Origin: Scenedesmus sp. PABB004
Taxonomy: Eukaryota
Direction of reading: 5' to 3'
NCBI GenBank assembly: GCA_014905635.1
Contig: CM026547.1
Coordinates: forward strand, 1,550,001 to 1,614,000
Length of the DNA stretch: 64,000 nucleotides
How positions within the stretch are numbered: position 1 is the stretch's first letter; every line of letters starts with the position of its first letter. Positions 11,390-24,130 of the stretch are shown in pieces. The position numbers were made by a program, and so were the translations under genes. Below the pieces are notes generated by a model. The model saw only the letters and a program-made list of their open reading frames with translations, did not search any database and was not told the DNA's origin.

Positions 11390-14300
11390 ATGCGCGGCGC
11401 GGCGCGGCACGCGCTGCTCGCCGCCGCGCACGTCGTCGTGGCGCTCGTCTTCCTGCGCGGCTTCCTGCTGACGCGCCTGGAGCTGCCGGACGTGTCGGCC
11501 GCGCGCACGGCGCCCGCCGGCGGCCCGCCGCCGCCGTTCGACCGCGCGGTGCTGCTGATCGTGGACGCGCTGCGCTACGACTGCCTCTGCGTCCACGGCG
11601 CCGGGGGCGCCCCGCCGCACGCGGGGCGGCTGCCAAAGACGCTCGCCCTGGTCGGCGCGGCGGTGCGGCGCGGCGGCGGTTGGCGCTGCGGTTGGCGCCG
11701 CCCGCCGCCCGCGCGCACTCCACTCTTGACGTGCGGCGCCCCTCCTCTTGCGCGCCCCACAGCCTGGCGCCGCGGTGGCGGCGCGCTTCGTGGCCGACAC
11801 ACCCACCATCACGATGAGCCGGCTCAAGGCGCTGCTCACGGTGCACACGCGCGGGGCGGCGGCGCGCGAAGTCGGGCGCAGCTGCGCCGCGCCGCGCCGC
11901 CACGCCGCCGCCGCCCACCCGCGTGCGCCCGCGGCGGCGGCGCAGGGCGGGCTGCCGACCTTCCTGGACGTGGGCCAGAGCTTCTCCGCCTCAGCGCTGA
12001 GCGAGGACAACCTGGTCGCCCAGCTCACGGCGCAGCACAAGCGCCTGGTGCGCACGCGCGCCCGCCCTGGCGCGGCGGCCGCGGCGGCGGGTCACGGCAG
12101 CGCGCAGCGGCGCGCAGCGCCGCGCTCGGCGGCTGCGCGGCCAGCGGCGCGCGCGCCGCGCAGGTCGTGATGGGCGACGACACGTGGATGCAGCTCGCGG
12201 GCGCCGCGTTTGACCGGGCGCACCCCTACCCCTCGTTCGACGTGCACGACCTGCACACCGTGGACGACGGCGTGTGGGAGGTGCGCGGCGCGCGCCCGGC
12301 AGCGCGCCAGGCGGCGCGCCGGCCGCGCACGCACGCGCGTCGCCGATGCGCGGCGGGCGCGGCGCCGCGCGCCGCCGCGCAGCACCTGCTGCCCGCGCTG
12401 GCCGCGCCACACGGCTGGGACGTGCTGGTGGGTCACTACCTGGGCGTGGACCACGCGGGGCACACGCACGGCGTGGCGTCGCGGCAGATGGAGGCCAAGC
12501 TGGCGCAGATGGACGACCAAGTCAGCCACGTCATTGGTGCGCGGGCGGCCCGCCCCCGCGCGGCGCCGCCGAGCCGGGGCGCCCGAGCTCGCGCGGCTGA
12601 CGGGGGCCCGCCGCCGCCGCCGCTGCAGAGACGCTGGTCGGCGCGGCGGGCCCCGGCGGCGCGCACGAGCGCACGCTGCTGCTGGTGCTGAGCGATCACG
12701 GCCAGACGCTCGGCGGCGACCACGGCGGCGGCAGCGCGGACGAGACCGACAGCGTGCTGCTGGCGGCCAGCCTGCGCAAGATGGCGGCCGCGCGCGCGGC
12801 GGCCGAGGCGACGACAGCGGCCCAGCCAGCGCGGCCGCGGCAGCCGGGGCAGCACTTCAGCCGCTTCTGCGCGCCGCCGGCAGCGACGGCGGCGGCGGGT
12901 GGGGGTGCGGCGCACGTGTCGCCCCTGCTGCGCCGCCTCGTGCACGCGGGCGGCTATGCATTCACCGCTGGCGGGGTGGCGAGGGCGGCGACGGCGCCGC
13001 CGGCGGCGACGGCGGCGAGCCGCCCTGCTGGCCCTGGCTGTGCGGCAGCAGCCTGGATCAGATCGACCTCACGCCGCTGCTCGCGCACCTGCTGGGCGTG
13101 CCGATCCCGTTTGGCAACCTCGGGCGCCTGCCGCCGCACCTGTTCGCGGCGCTCTCGGAGGACGCCGGCGACGGCCGCGGCGACGGCTGGCTGCCCAGCT
13201 ACGCCGCCGCACTGCGCGCCAACGCCGACCAGGTGCGCCGCGGCCGGGCCCCTGCGTGGCGCCGCGCCCCGCCCCGGCGCGGTCACGTGGTGACGGCCCG
13301 CCCCGCCCCGCCCGCTCAGGTGCACACCTATCTCAACCGCTACGCTGCGACCGGCGGGCTGCCCGCCGCGCAGCTGAGCAGCGTCAACGCGCTGCACGCC
13401 GCCCTCGCGGCGCGGCAGCCGCCGGGCGGCGAGGGCGGCGCGCCGCCGTCGCCGGCCGAGCTGGAGGAGCTCGTGGTGGCGCAGCTGTCGTACCTCGCGG
13501 CCGCGGTCGGCCTCGCGCGGCGCCGCTTCACGCTGTTCCAGCAGGGCCCCATCTGGGCCGGCTGCGCGCTGGCGGCGGCCGTGCTGGCGGCGCAGCTCGC
13601 GGCCTGCTGGTGAGCAAGCCGGCGCGCGGCGCCGCCCCCGCCCGTCGGCAACCGCCGGCCAAACGCACCGCCGCCGCCGCCCCCGCCGCGTCGCAGGCGC
13701 GCGGTCGCGGCGCTCGCCCCCGCGGGCGGCGTCGTGGAGCTGTCGAGCGGCCTGGGCTTTGCGGCGCTGGCCGCCTTCCACACAGCGGGCCTGTTCTCGG
13801 TCGGTCTCCTCATGGGCGAGGGCCGGCTCACGTGCGCCCTGCTCGCGGCCGCGACGGCCCTGCTGCTGCGCGCCGCGCTCGCCGCGGCAGCACGCGCGCG
13901 CGCCGCGGCCGCCGAGGGCGGCGGCGCCGGCGGCGGCGGCGCCGGCGACGCCGCGCGCTGGGCCGGGCGGCGGGCGGCGCTGGAGGCGCTGGCGGCCGCG
14001 GGCGGAGCGCTGGCGAGCAACGTGGCGCTGCAGGCGCTGGGGCTCATCGACCGCTCCGGCCAGGACCCGCATGACAAGACGCAGCCCTCTGCTGACCTCC
14101 TGGTGGGGCCCGACGCCGCGCTGCAGCGCGCGGCGCTGCTGGCGTTCACGCTCGCGCCGCTGGGCAGCATGTGGATGCTCGCCTGCCGCACGAGCGCGCG
14201 CTGCGTCGCCGCCGGTGGCGGCGGCGGCGGCGGCGGTCCCACGGCCGCGCTGGTGTCGCTTGCACGGCGGCTGTGCGCCGTGCAGTTTGTGGCGCTGGCG

Positions 14301-15329
14301 GCGTTCTGGGTGGCGCAGCTTTCGGGGCACGCCGACGCCTCGCCGCAGGCGCTCGCGGCGCAGCTGTGGGCACTCGCGCGCCGGCACCCGCTCGCGGCTG
14401 AGGCCGCCGCCGCCGCGGGCCGGCTGGCGGCCCCGCTGCTGGCGGCTGCGGCAGGCGGGCCCGCCGCTGCAGCGCTGCGCGCCGTGCTGGCGCTGCCGGC
14501 GCGGCTGCTGCTGCCGCGCCTCGTGTTTGTCGGCGCGCTCACCGCCATCTGCGGTGCGCTCGCCGCGCGCGGAGCGGCCGTGCTGGCGCCCGCGGCGCCG
14601 CCCAAGGCCGGCGGCGGCGCGGCAGCGGAGCGGGCGCTGCAGCTGCAGCTGCTCGTGTGGCTGTGCGCGTGCTGCGGCGCCGCGCTGGCGATGGTCCTGG
14701 GCTTCAAGGGCCCCGCCACGCTGCTCCTGGCCGCGGTGCAGGCCGGCTGCGTCGTGCGGCTGCTGCTGCTGCACCGCGACGCCGGCGCGTTTGCCGCCGC
14801 GGCGCGGCGCGCCGCCCCGGCGCGCGGCGCGGGGGCCAAGGCCGCCACCGCGCCGCCCGCTGCGCAAGCGGGCGGCGGCGGCAGCGGCGGCGTGCTGTGC
14901 GCGCTGGGCGCGGGGTCCTGGGGCATGCAGGCGCTGGGTCTGTTCTTCTGCAGCGGCCACTTCTGCGAGTTCTCCGGCCTGCAGTACGCGTCGGCCTTCA
15001 TCGGCTTTGACGCGATGACCCCCGCGGTGTCGGGGCCGCTGCTGCTGCTCAACACGGCCGGCGGCCTGCTGCTGGGCTGCCTCGGCCTGCCCGCGCTGCT
15101 GGCCGGCGCGGGCGACGGGCGCGCGGGCGACGCGCAGCAGGCGGCGGGCGCGCTGGTGTTCAACACGCTGCGCTTCGCCGCGCTCGCGGCGTGCATGGCG
15201 AGCGCGGCGGTGCAGCAGCAGCACATCCTGCTGTGGGCGATCTTTGCGCCCAAGCTCATGTTCGAGCTGGCCTTCATGGCCGTGACTGACGCGGGGCAGC
15301 TGCTCGCGTGCGCGCTCGCGCCGAGGTGA
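11390..15329 (+). CDS. PIGO: GPI ethanolamine phosphate transferase 3 (PIG-O/GPI13), multi-exon; apparent 1-nt frameshift near 12975
   Basis: FLRGFLLTRLEL, LLIVDALRYD, ADTPTITMSRLKALLTGGLPTFLD, MGDDTW, SFDVHDLHTVD, HYLGVDHAGHTHG, SDHG...GDHGG, QIDLTP..LGVPIPFGNLG, C-terminal LWAIFAPKLMF. Confidence 0.93.
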
Positions 15330-15462
15330 CGAACCGCGCGTCACACTCGAACGCGCGCCTCCCTGCCTGCCGCGCGCGGCCCGCGCGCGCGCGGCCGGCC
15401 GGCGCGCTGCGCCTGCAGCCGCGCCGCCGCCCGACGCGGCACGGCTGCGCTCAGCATGCGGC

Positions 15463-16527
15463 TCAGCCGAGGCGCATGTCCGTGTCCATGTCCTCCGCCG
15501 CCGCCTCCACGAGCTTGCCCGACGCCTGGCCGCAGCCGTAGCCGTAGCCGTACACCTGCGCGCGCGCGCGGGTCCGCGGTCAGCCCGCGCCGCGCCCGCC
15601 GCGCCCGCGCCCGCGGCCGCGCCCGTCTGACCGCGCCCGCGGCCGCGCCAGCAGCTGTGCCAGCGGCGCGCCTGGTGGCCTGCGGGGTTGACGTTCTCCA
15701 CCTCGTCCGCGAGCAGCGCCTCCTCGCCGGTGCCGTCGTCGCCGAGCTCCTCGTCGTCGTCGTCGTCCTCCTCCTCCTCCTCGCCGTCGTCCGGCTCCTC
15801 GTCCGGCAGGAGGTCGTCCTCGGGCGGCTCGCCCGCGTCGGCCTCGGGCATCGGCGGCGGCGCGTTGTCAAAGTCGTGCGGGAACTTGGTCACGCGCGGG
15901 TGGTCGGCCATGATGCTGCGCTGCAGCTTGGACAGCAGCGGCGGGTTGGGCAGCGGCCGCTCCGGGTCCAGCAGCTCCGGGTCGGTGTACTCGACATTCA
16001 CGTAGTAGCCCACGCGCACAAACTCCTTGCCCTTGTACGAGCACGTCAGCAGCAGCGCCGTCACGCCCAGGAGGTCGCTCGCAGGGATCCTGCGCCGCGG
16101 CGGCGGCGGCGGCGGGCCGCGTGGGCGGTCGCGGCAGCGGGCCGCGCCGCTGCGGGGCGGGGGCGCTGGCGTGCTGCCGCTCGCGCGGCCGCGCCGTTGT
16201 TGACACGCGGCGCCGCTGCTGCCGCTGCCGCCGCCGCGCGCCCCGCGCCCCGGCTGCCCGCGGCGGGCGGCGCGCTCACTTGCTGGGGTCGGGCGCGGGC
16301 GCCTCCATGCGGAACTTGAAGTGCCCCTGCTGCACCGGCCCCACGAGCGCGCTGTCGAGGATTTGGTCGTGCGCGTCGCTCTCGGCGCTGCCCACGTAGT
16401 TTAGTCGCCACTCCAGGTCCTCCGCCAGCGCGCTGAGGCACTCGTACTGCACCTCCAGCACGATGGGGTCGGTGAACGGCGCCGGGTTGTTGAGCACCTG
16501 CACGGCAGTGATGCTGCACTCCGCCAT
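15463..16527 (-). CDS. ASF1: Histone chaperone ASF1, 3 exons, acidic tail
   Basis: ITAVQVLNNPAPFTDP...DLEWRLNYVGSAES...DQILDSALVGP; LLGVTALLLTCSYKGKEFVRVGYYVN; PRVTKF. Confidence 0.96.
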
Positions 16528-17062
16528 GCTGCCCCGCCGCTGCCGGCCCGCGCCCGCTGCTGCTGCGACGGCCACGCACGGCCCTAGATGCTAACTCGCA
16601 GCTCGCGCGGGCGGCGCCGCGAACGGGCGCGGCGGGCGGCCGCGGCGGGCCGGGGAAGTCGCGATGCTGCTGCTTTTCGAGCGCCGCGCACGCGCTGTGC
16701 GGCCCACGGCTCGCGGAGGCGAATGATCGTGGGCGGCGCTGGGTGTGGGTGGGACGGAAGTGAGCAAAGCGGGCGGGGCGGCCTCGGCTGGCACCGCGGC
16801 GGCGGCGTTTGAAGAGCGCGGCGGTTTTTGGTGTTGGAAGGCGGGGTCGGGCAAGGGCCGCAGGGGTCGTCCAAAACCTGACGCTGCTGCCAGCGCTGCC
16901 GCTGTTGCTGCCGCCGCCGCCACCGCGCGCTGGCCGGCCGCGCGCAGCGCTCGGCGCGCGTCCCGGCCTCACGGGCCCGCGCCGGTCGGAGCGGCCGTCC
17001 AGCAGCAGAGTCACAGGCACCCAGCGCCCGCCGCGCGCGCCGCGGTCCGGAGCGCCCAGCCC

Positions 17063-17658
17063 TCACGCGAGCAGGCGCGCGCGGCCGGCGCCGGGCACGA
17101 TGCCCGCGAAGCCGCACCCGCTGTACGTCGCCGCCGCGCCGTCGAGGCGGCGGCGCAGCGGCGCGCTGCCGCGCAGCGCGCGCAGCCAGGCCGCGTCGAG
17201 CGTGAGCAGCAGGTCGGCGAGCTCGTACAGCTGCGCGTCGAGCGCGGTCAGCGCCTCCAGGCGGGCCATGTCGGCCGACGTGAAGGCAAAGCCGTGGTGC
17301 GGGAACGCGTGCCACTCCTCGCCGCCGCCGCCGCGCGCGGCGGCGCCGGCGGCGGCGACGAGCAGCCGGTGCGCACCGTGCGCGCTGCGCCCGCGCAGCG
17401 CCGACGCGCGCGGCCGCTCGAGCGCGCGCGCCGCGAGCGCGGCGCTGGCGTTCCAGAAGCCGCGGCCCCGCGCCTCGCGCTCCAGCCAGGACACGCGCGC
17501 GAGCTCCGCCGCGGCGCGCGCCTCGCGCACCTCGGGCGGCAGCTCCGGCGGCGGCGGCCACGCGAGGAAGCCCAGCCCCAGCGCCGCCGCCTCGTCCGCG
17601 GCGCGCGCGTAGCTGTCGTAGTCCTCCGCCGCCGCCGACGACGCCGCCGGGCCCAAGC

Positions 17659-17694
<36 letters not shown>

Positions 17695-18769
17695 CCCAGC
17701 CGGCCTCGCCGCCGTCCTCGTCGACGTCGCTGCTGCTGCTCCCGCCGCCGCCGCCGCCGCCGCCGCCGCTGCTGCTCTCGCTGCTCCCGCTGCTGCTCCA
17801 GCCGCTCCCGTCGCCGCCCGGCGGCCCCCGCCCGCCGCCGCGCCGGGGTCAGCCGCGAGGCGCCGCAGCGACACCGACACGGGCGGCCGCGGCAGCATGT
17901 CGCGCACGCGCTTGGCGGGCTGGTCGCTGAACGTGCGCGCGGGCCAGCCGAGCAGCGCCGCGACGAGGCCGTCGATGTCCGCCGGGCGGTCCAGGGTCAT
18001 GACCAGGTCAAAGCCCAGCAGCGCCGCGGCCGCGTCGCGCAGCTGCTCCGGGCCCATGTTGGCCGCGCTGCGGCAGAACGCCTCGCGGCCGAGCAGCGAG
18101 CGCGTCGCGTAGTTGCCGACGAGCGCGGGGCCGAGCGCCTCCCACCAGGTCAGGTTCCACCCGGGCGGCGTCCAGGAGGTGATGTTTTTGATCTCCAGCT
18201 GGCGCACGTAGCGGAACTTGACCTCCGCCAGCAGGCTGATTACGTGCGGCACGGGGCGACGCAGCATAATCGCGTTGGTGAAGCCCGGGCACAGCTGCGC
18301 GGCGCGGCGGGGGCAGGGCGCGGGGCGCGTCAGGCGGCGGGCGGGCGCCGCCCGCGCGCGAGAGGGGGAGCCCGGCGTGCGAGGCCCGCGCGGCGCGCGG
18401 CGCGGCGCGGAGCGGCGCGCCGCCCCGCGTTCCACGCACGTGCGCCTTGCCGAGCGAGCGCGCGCCGACGGCGCTGCGCGGGAGCTCGTGCGGCAGCGCG
18501 CGCTCGTTGGCGAGGAAGGTCGTGCCGGTGCGGCGCACGTCGAGGCCGCGCGACGCGCAGTCGTAGAGGCGGCCGTTGAGCGCGTGGGGGCAGGCGTACA
18601 TGAGCCACATGGGCAGCCCCGGCGGCTCGGTCGCGGGCTCATTCTTGTTGTACGCCGCGCGGTCGATCACGCCCGGCGGCGCCGCGTCGAGCCGCCCGAG
18701 CGCCGGGTCGGGGAACGCGCCGCTCGCGTTGACCGCGTGCGCGACCATCCACACGGGGCTGTCCAGGCT

Positions 18770-18825
<56 letters not shown>

Positions 18826-19606
18826 ACGTCAGTGCGCGCGGCGGCCAGCGGGAGGAGCCGGCGCCGTCCCGTGCCGCCGCACCGATCGTCGACCACGCAG
18901 TTCTTCTCGATGTCGAGGTGCGGGTTGGCGCACTTGTTGGTCGCAGCGAGCTGGCAGAGCGTGGTGCCGCCGCACTTGCTGATGTGGTGCAGGCTGATGG
19001 CGCGCCCCTGCGCGCGCCGCACGTGGTGCGCGTACAGCCTGCGGCGGCGGCCGGCCGCGGCAGCCGCCGCGTCAGGGCTGGCGGGCGCCGCCGCCACGCG
19101 CGGCCGCGGCGCACTGCCAGCGCCGGCGCCGCCGCCGCTCCCCGGCAGCGCCCGCCGCACTTGAACATGGTCGCGAGGCTGTCGGCCTCCAGGTGCGTCG
19201 TCTGCCACGCAAACATGCGCGAGCGCTGCAGCAGCCACACCGCCGCGAGGTACGCGCGGCGCACGACGGGGAAGTGCGTGTCGTTGACGTTGGCCTCCAC
19301 CAGCGCCCGCACGGCCTTGCCCAGCGCGCGCACGTGCGCGACGGCGTGGAAAAAGTCGGCGCAGCGGCTGCAGCCCGGCTCCGCCGCCGCGCCCAGCACG
19401 CGCGCAAACTCCGCCAGCGCCGTGTCGTTGCGCGCCGCCGCCCGCGCGGCCAGCAGGTCGGCGGACGTCGCCACCAGGCGCTCCAGCTGCGCGCTGGTGG
19501 GCTGCGGCAGGCCTGGCAGCGCGTCCAGGCCGCCTCTGCTGCCGGCCGCGGCCTGGAGGCTGGCGGCCAGCGCCGCCGCCAGCAGCAGGCACCGCAGCTG
19601 CCTCAT
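17063..19606 (-). CDS. Secreted/Golgi sulfotransferase-like protein; apparent 1-nt frameshift near 17826
   Basis: Signal peptide MRQLRCLLLAAALAASLQAAAG; PSB-loop-like HHISKCGGTTL; 3'-PB-like MLRRPVPHVIS; GNYATRSLLG; FDLVMTLD; ALDAQLYELA. Confidence 0.6.
18771..18824. repeat. (CGG)18 microsatellite at the 3' end of an intron of the sulfotransferase-like gene
   Basis: Read directly. Confidence 0.9.
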
Positions 19607-19933
19607 GCCGTTTTGGTCATGGCAGGGCCGCTGCCGGGATGCTGCAGGCCGCCGCGGCGAGGCGCGGGCCTTCCCGCGCAGTGCCGCGACTGCCTGCTCG
19701 CGCGGGGCTGACGCAGGCGCAGCACGGTGACAGGGAGTTCGGCAACAGGAGCGTGGGAGACTGGCGAGCGCGGCGAAGCGGAGGGCCGAAAAATAGCTGG
19801 GGCAGCGGTGCGCCGTACGGCAGCTGCCGGCGGCGCGCTGTCCCTGCGCCCGGTGGCAGCGCCGCGAGTCAGGTCGCCCCAGTTCGCAGTGGGGACTCGT
19901 TAGCTGGCTGTGCCCGCGGCGCCCCGCCGCGGC

Positions 19934-21083
19934 TCACGGCCGGGGCTTGACAGCGGCGGCGGCGGCGGCGGCGGCATCGCACGCGTCGACGTCGATGCCC
20001 ACCAGCTCGAACGCGTGCTTGGGGCAGGGAAAGAAGGGGAAGCACGAGTCGAGGTGCGCGTTGACCGCCCACAGCGTGCGCCCCACGAGCGCGAGCGTGG
20101 TGGGCACGCCAAGCGTCGGCGGGTCGAGCAGGCAGCGCACCGCCGCGCCGCCCGCGCCGGGCCCGAGCGCGACGCCCCAGACGCGGTTGTTGTAGTTGTC
20201 CGCGACGAACGCCAGCCCCGGCCCCGCCACCGCGACGCCGTCCAGCAGGAGCTGCTTGGACGTGCTCCCCGGCGGCGCCGGCGGCAGCGCGAGCTCCGTC
20301 ACGACCGCAGGCGCGTGCGGCGGCGCCTTGGGCACGGCGGCGCGGTAGAGGTGCCCGGTGTGCGTGTTGGCCAGCAGCAGCACGTCCTCGCCGCCGCCGC
20401 TCGCGTACACGGCGGCGCCGTTGGCGCGGAACTGGCCGAGCTGCGTCGCAAACGCGGCGCCCAGGTGGTGCGCCTGCACCGCGCGCGGCGCGCCGCCGGG
20501 CGGCGGCGACGCGCGTGGCACGCTCCAGAGCGTGGCGCTGAAGCTGTCGGTGAAATAGGCGCGGTCGTCGCTGAGCGCGACGTCGTTGATGTAGCTCAGC
20601 AGCGGCGTGCCCAGCTGCACCGCCTCCACGCGCGCCACGGTCCAGGCGCCGCTCGCGCCGCGGGCGACGTGGAAGACGTAGCCACTGCCCGACAGGCTGC
20701 CCGCGGCGAAGAGCGCCGACTGCGCCGCGTCAAACTTGGCGCCGCTGAGCGCGACGCCCGCCTGGCGGTGCACGACCGTCGAGGTGTTGGTCGCGAGGTC
20801 GACGTGAACCACCGCGCCGCTCAGGCAGGCCACCCAGAGGTCGTTGGAGCCGCCTGCGGCGGGCGCGCACGGCGCGCTGCGGGTCCGGGGAGCCCCCGGC
20901 GGCGAGGGGCGGCGCGCTGGGCGGGCGCTGCCGGGCGCCGCTCACGCCGCGCGCACCGGCGGCCACGCCCTCTGGCCGGATGCCGTCCGGGAGCGGTATG
21001 AGCGACGTGGTCACCGCGTCTGCCGCGGCCAGCAGGGCCGCGCCCGCTGCCAGGAGCAGCAACTGCTGGCGCGCGCGCGCCAT
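19934..21083 (-). CDS. Secreted SMP-30/gluconolactonase-like six-bladed beta-propeller, 2 exons
   Basis: Signal peptide MARARQQLLLLAAGAALLAAADA; blade motifs GIRPEGVA, YINDVAL...AYFTDS, RANGAAV, LDGVAV...FVADN, PTTLAL. Confidence 0.75.
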
Positions 21084-21324
21084 GCCGCCGTGCTCCAACG
21101 AGAGCCGCTCGCTCGCTTAGCGAGTACAATCAGTGGCAAAAGAGCTCCTCGAGCTGCGCCGCGGCCTGCAGCGCGACCTGGCGCGGCGTGGTGCGTTGGC
21201 GACGCCGCGGCAGCTGGCAGCGGCCCGTGGAGCTGGGCCTGCAACCGTGCAGCACGGCCAGAGCTGGGCGATGGGGCGCGTGGCGTCGCGAGCGCGTTAC
21301 GAGGGCGGCACGAGCCGTGGCAGC

Positions 21325-21329
21325 TTACA
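21325..21329 (-). terminator. TGTAA polyadenylation signal for the first ALMT-like gene
   Basis: TTACA on the + strand about 100 bp downstream of the stop at 21430. Confidence 0.6.
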
Positions 21330-21345
21330 CGACCGTCGCGGCGGT

Positions 21346-21484
21346 CGCGCCCCGGCTCACACCTGGCCGCTGTGTGACACCTGGCCGCTCGGGGGCGGCG
21401 GCAGCTCCACCGCCACCGGCGCGCCCGGCTCACACCTGGCCGCTCGGGGGCGGCGGCAGCTCCACCGCCACCGGCGCGCCCGGC
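21346..21484. repeat. ~55-bp tandem duplication plus a partial third copy, spanning the stop codon of the ALMT-like gene
   Basis: ACACCTGGCCGCTCGGGGGCGGCGGCAGCTCCACCGCCACCGGCGCGCCCGGC occurs at ~21377 and ~21433; CCCGGCTCACACCTGGCCGCT also at ~21351. Confidence 0.88.
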
Positions 21485-23691
21485 AGCACCGGCAGCAGCT
21501 CGTTCAGGGCGTTGGTCAGCCCCCACGTTGACTTGCCGAGCTGCCGCGACAGCACGAGCAGCGTGCACCAGCGCGTGGCGCGCGCCTCGTTGCTGCTCAC
21601 GGCGTCCGCGAGCAGCCGCCCGAACGCGGCCGCCACCTGCTCCGCGGAGCGCTCGGCGCCGGGCACGCGCCCGCCCGTGGCTGCCGCGGCGGTGCGCTGC
21701 CACTTGCCGGCAGGGCCGGCCGCGACGGCGGGCGCGCCGGCGCCGCCCGGCGCCGCGCCCGCGGCCGGCTGCGCCTCGTGCAGGTGCTGGTGCTGCGCGT
21801 CGAGCGTGAGCTCAATGAGCTGCTTGAGGCTGCCGCCAAACGCCGCCAGGCTGCACCCGCGCACCGCGCTGACCACGGGCCCGCCCGGCGGCAGCGCGCT
21901 CGCGAGCTCCTGCGGGCGCGCGGCGCGGGTCGGCACGGCGCGGCGCGGCCGCTGCGACGGCGGGCTGCGCCCGCGACCTGCAGCGCCGCCCACCTGCAGC
22001 GCCGCCGTCGCCTGCTCCGCCATCGGCCGCAGCAGGCTGGCCGCCTCGGGCCCCACCAGCCCGGCCGGCGGCGCGCGGTCGGCGAGCGGCGTGGCACCAA
22101 ACTCTGCGAGGATGGCCATCAGCGCGCGCAGCACCTGGCTGGCGGCAAACGTCACGCCCATGACGGCGCCCTCGTCCAGGCCCCGCCTGGCAGCCGGCAC
22201 AAAGCACCTGCACCGGCGTGGCGCGGCGCGCGTTGTCACGGCGCGTCGCGGCGCCGCGCGGCGCTTTAGGCTGTGCGGCGCGGCGGCCCGCACACCCGCC
22301 GCCGGCCCCCCGCACCTGAGGCAGGCGACCCTGCCGACGTAGCGCTCGTTCTTGGCGGACGGCAGGAGCTGCTGCACCACCTGCAGGCTCTGCGACGCCT
22401 GCGCCGCCAGCGACGCCGCGCGGCTGTTGGCTGCGGCGACCGCGTCGACCGCGGGGGCGGGCTGCTCGCCGCGCGACGCTGGCTTGGCGGGCGTGGCCGC
22501 GCCCGCCCCGAGCTCGATGTCCTTGGCTGCCGCCGTGGCGGCGCCCGCGCCGCCCGCGGCCGCCGCGGTCGCGGCGCCCTGCGCCTCACTGCTCAGCAGC
22601 AGCGCCTCGGCGAGCTGCTGCAGCGCCAGCAGCGCGTCCGACAGCGCGCCGACCAACTGCGGGCGGCGCGGCGGCCGCTCGGCGCGCCCCTGCGCGGCGG
22701 CGGGCGGCGCGGCCGCGCGGCCGCGTGCGCGGGCGCCGCGCGGCGCGCGCCTGCTGCGTGGCTGTGAGGGGGAAGATCACGAGCGAGATGAGCGTGTAGA
22801 GCACGATGGTGCCGGAGATGGCGACCGTCTTGACGGCGGTCATCGTGAACGCCTGCTCCACGGTGTTGAAGTTGGTCGCGACTGCGCCGCGCCGGCGGCG
22901 CGCGGCCGCGCGTCAGGCGGCAGGCGACCGACGGCGCCCGCCGCCGGCGGCGGCGCGGGCGGGCGGCGCGCGAGGCCGCGCGCCGCGCGCGCGCGTGGCG
23001 TCGCGCACCAATGAACGCTGTGACGAGGGCGACCGGGAAGAGGTACTGCTTGCCGGTGAGGGCGAAGCTCGCGGCGACGAGCACAAACGCCCAGGCCGCG
23101 AGGCAGAGCGCGAGGAACCACCAGAGCTGGCACGCAGCAAAGAGGGCGTAGAAGAGCCAGCCGCCTGGAAGGCCAGGGGAGGGCGGGGAGGGCGGGGCAG
23201 CGTTGGGCAGGGCGGCATTGGCGAGCGCGGGGGCGGGGGCGGGGGCGGGGAGGGGCGCGCGGTGGTCGCGCCGCACCCGCCATGACGCCGAGGATGCGCT
23301 GCACGCCCTTGGTCATGCTCTTGCCCAGGCAGGGCATGGCGAGGATGGTCACAGTGACCATGGACATCTGCGGCCGCGCCGCCAGCGGCGCGGTCGGCCC
23401 CGCGCGCGCCGCCGCGCGCCGGCGGCGGTGCCGCGCGGGGCGGCGCCCCCAGCGCGGCCGCACCATCGTGCCCTGGTTGACGAGCTTGGTCCACCGTGCC
23501 TGCGGGCCAAGCTTCAGCGTGACGGCGCTGTTGATGATGGCGTAGATGAGCACGCAGAGCGTGGAGGTCGCGCCGATGTGCAGCGCCGACGGCAGCGACC
23601 GCGAGACGCTGCGTTTCGGCGGCTTCAGCAGCAGCGGCGTCTTGCGATACGACTGCGCCAGCGGCGCCGGCTTGGCGCCGGCGCGGGCCAT
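21430..23691 (-). CDS. ALMT/FUSC (aromatic acid exporter)-family membrane protein, 7 exons
   Basis: TVTILAMPCLGKSMTKGVQRILGVMAGGW resembles the ALMT 'G.TL.KG.NR..GT..GG' motif; ...LISLVIFP then a helical C-terminal domain with LLPSAKNERY. Confidence 0.7.
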
Positions 23692-24130
23692 GGCGCGGCA
23701 GCGCCCCGGCGGCAGCGGCGGGGGCACGCGGCGGCGGGCCGGGCACGCGCTGCCGCTGCTGCTGCCGCGGCGCCTGGGAGCGGCTGCGGTGCGTCACGCG
23801 CAATCCCTCGCTGCTGATCTGTCGTTCTCTGTGCCGATCACCAGTGGGCGCTGTGTTGGGGGCGCTCGAGGCGGCGCAGCGGCGGCGTCGAAACCTCGTC
23901 AGCGTCGCGGCACCCCAACGACCCGAACCGCCGCTCCCAGGCTGCGCCCGTGCGCCCACCGATGCGCCGCTGCATTGTCTTGAGCAGGCGCGCTCTGCCG
24001 CGACGTGCAGCGGCCTGCTGACCCCGCCAGCCTCTCTCGGTCGCGCAGCAGCAGCGCCGGTGGCGGTGGGCGCCGCCGGCGGCCGGCAGCTCGCTCGACA
24101 GACCGGCGCACTCAGCCGGGACAGACCGCA

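Noticed and set aside
12954..16064. 1036-aa - strand ORF that looks like a giant ASF1 fusion
   Set aside because: Only the first ~130 aa are ASF1 exon 2; the rest is stop-free antisense to PIG-O caused by GC-rich codon usage
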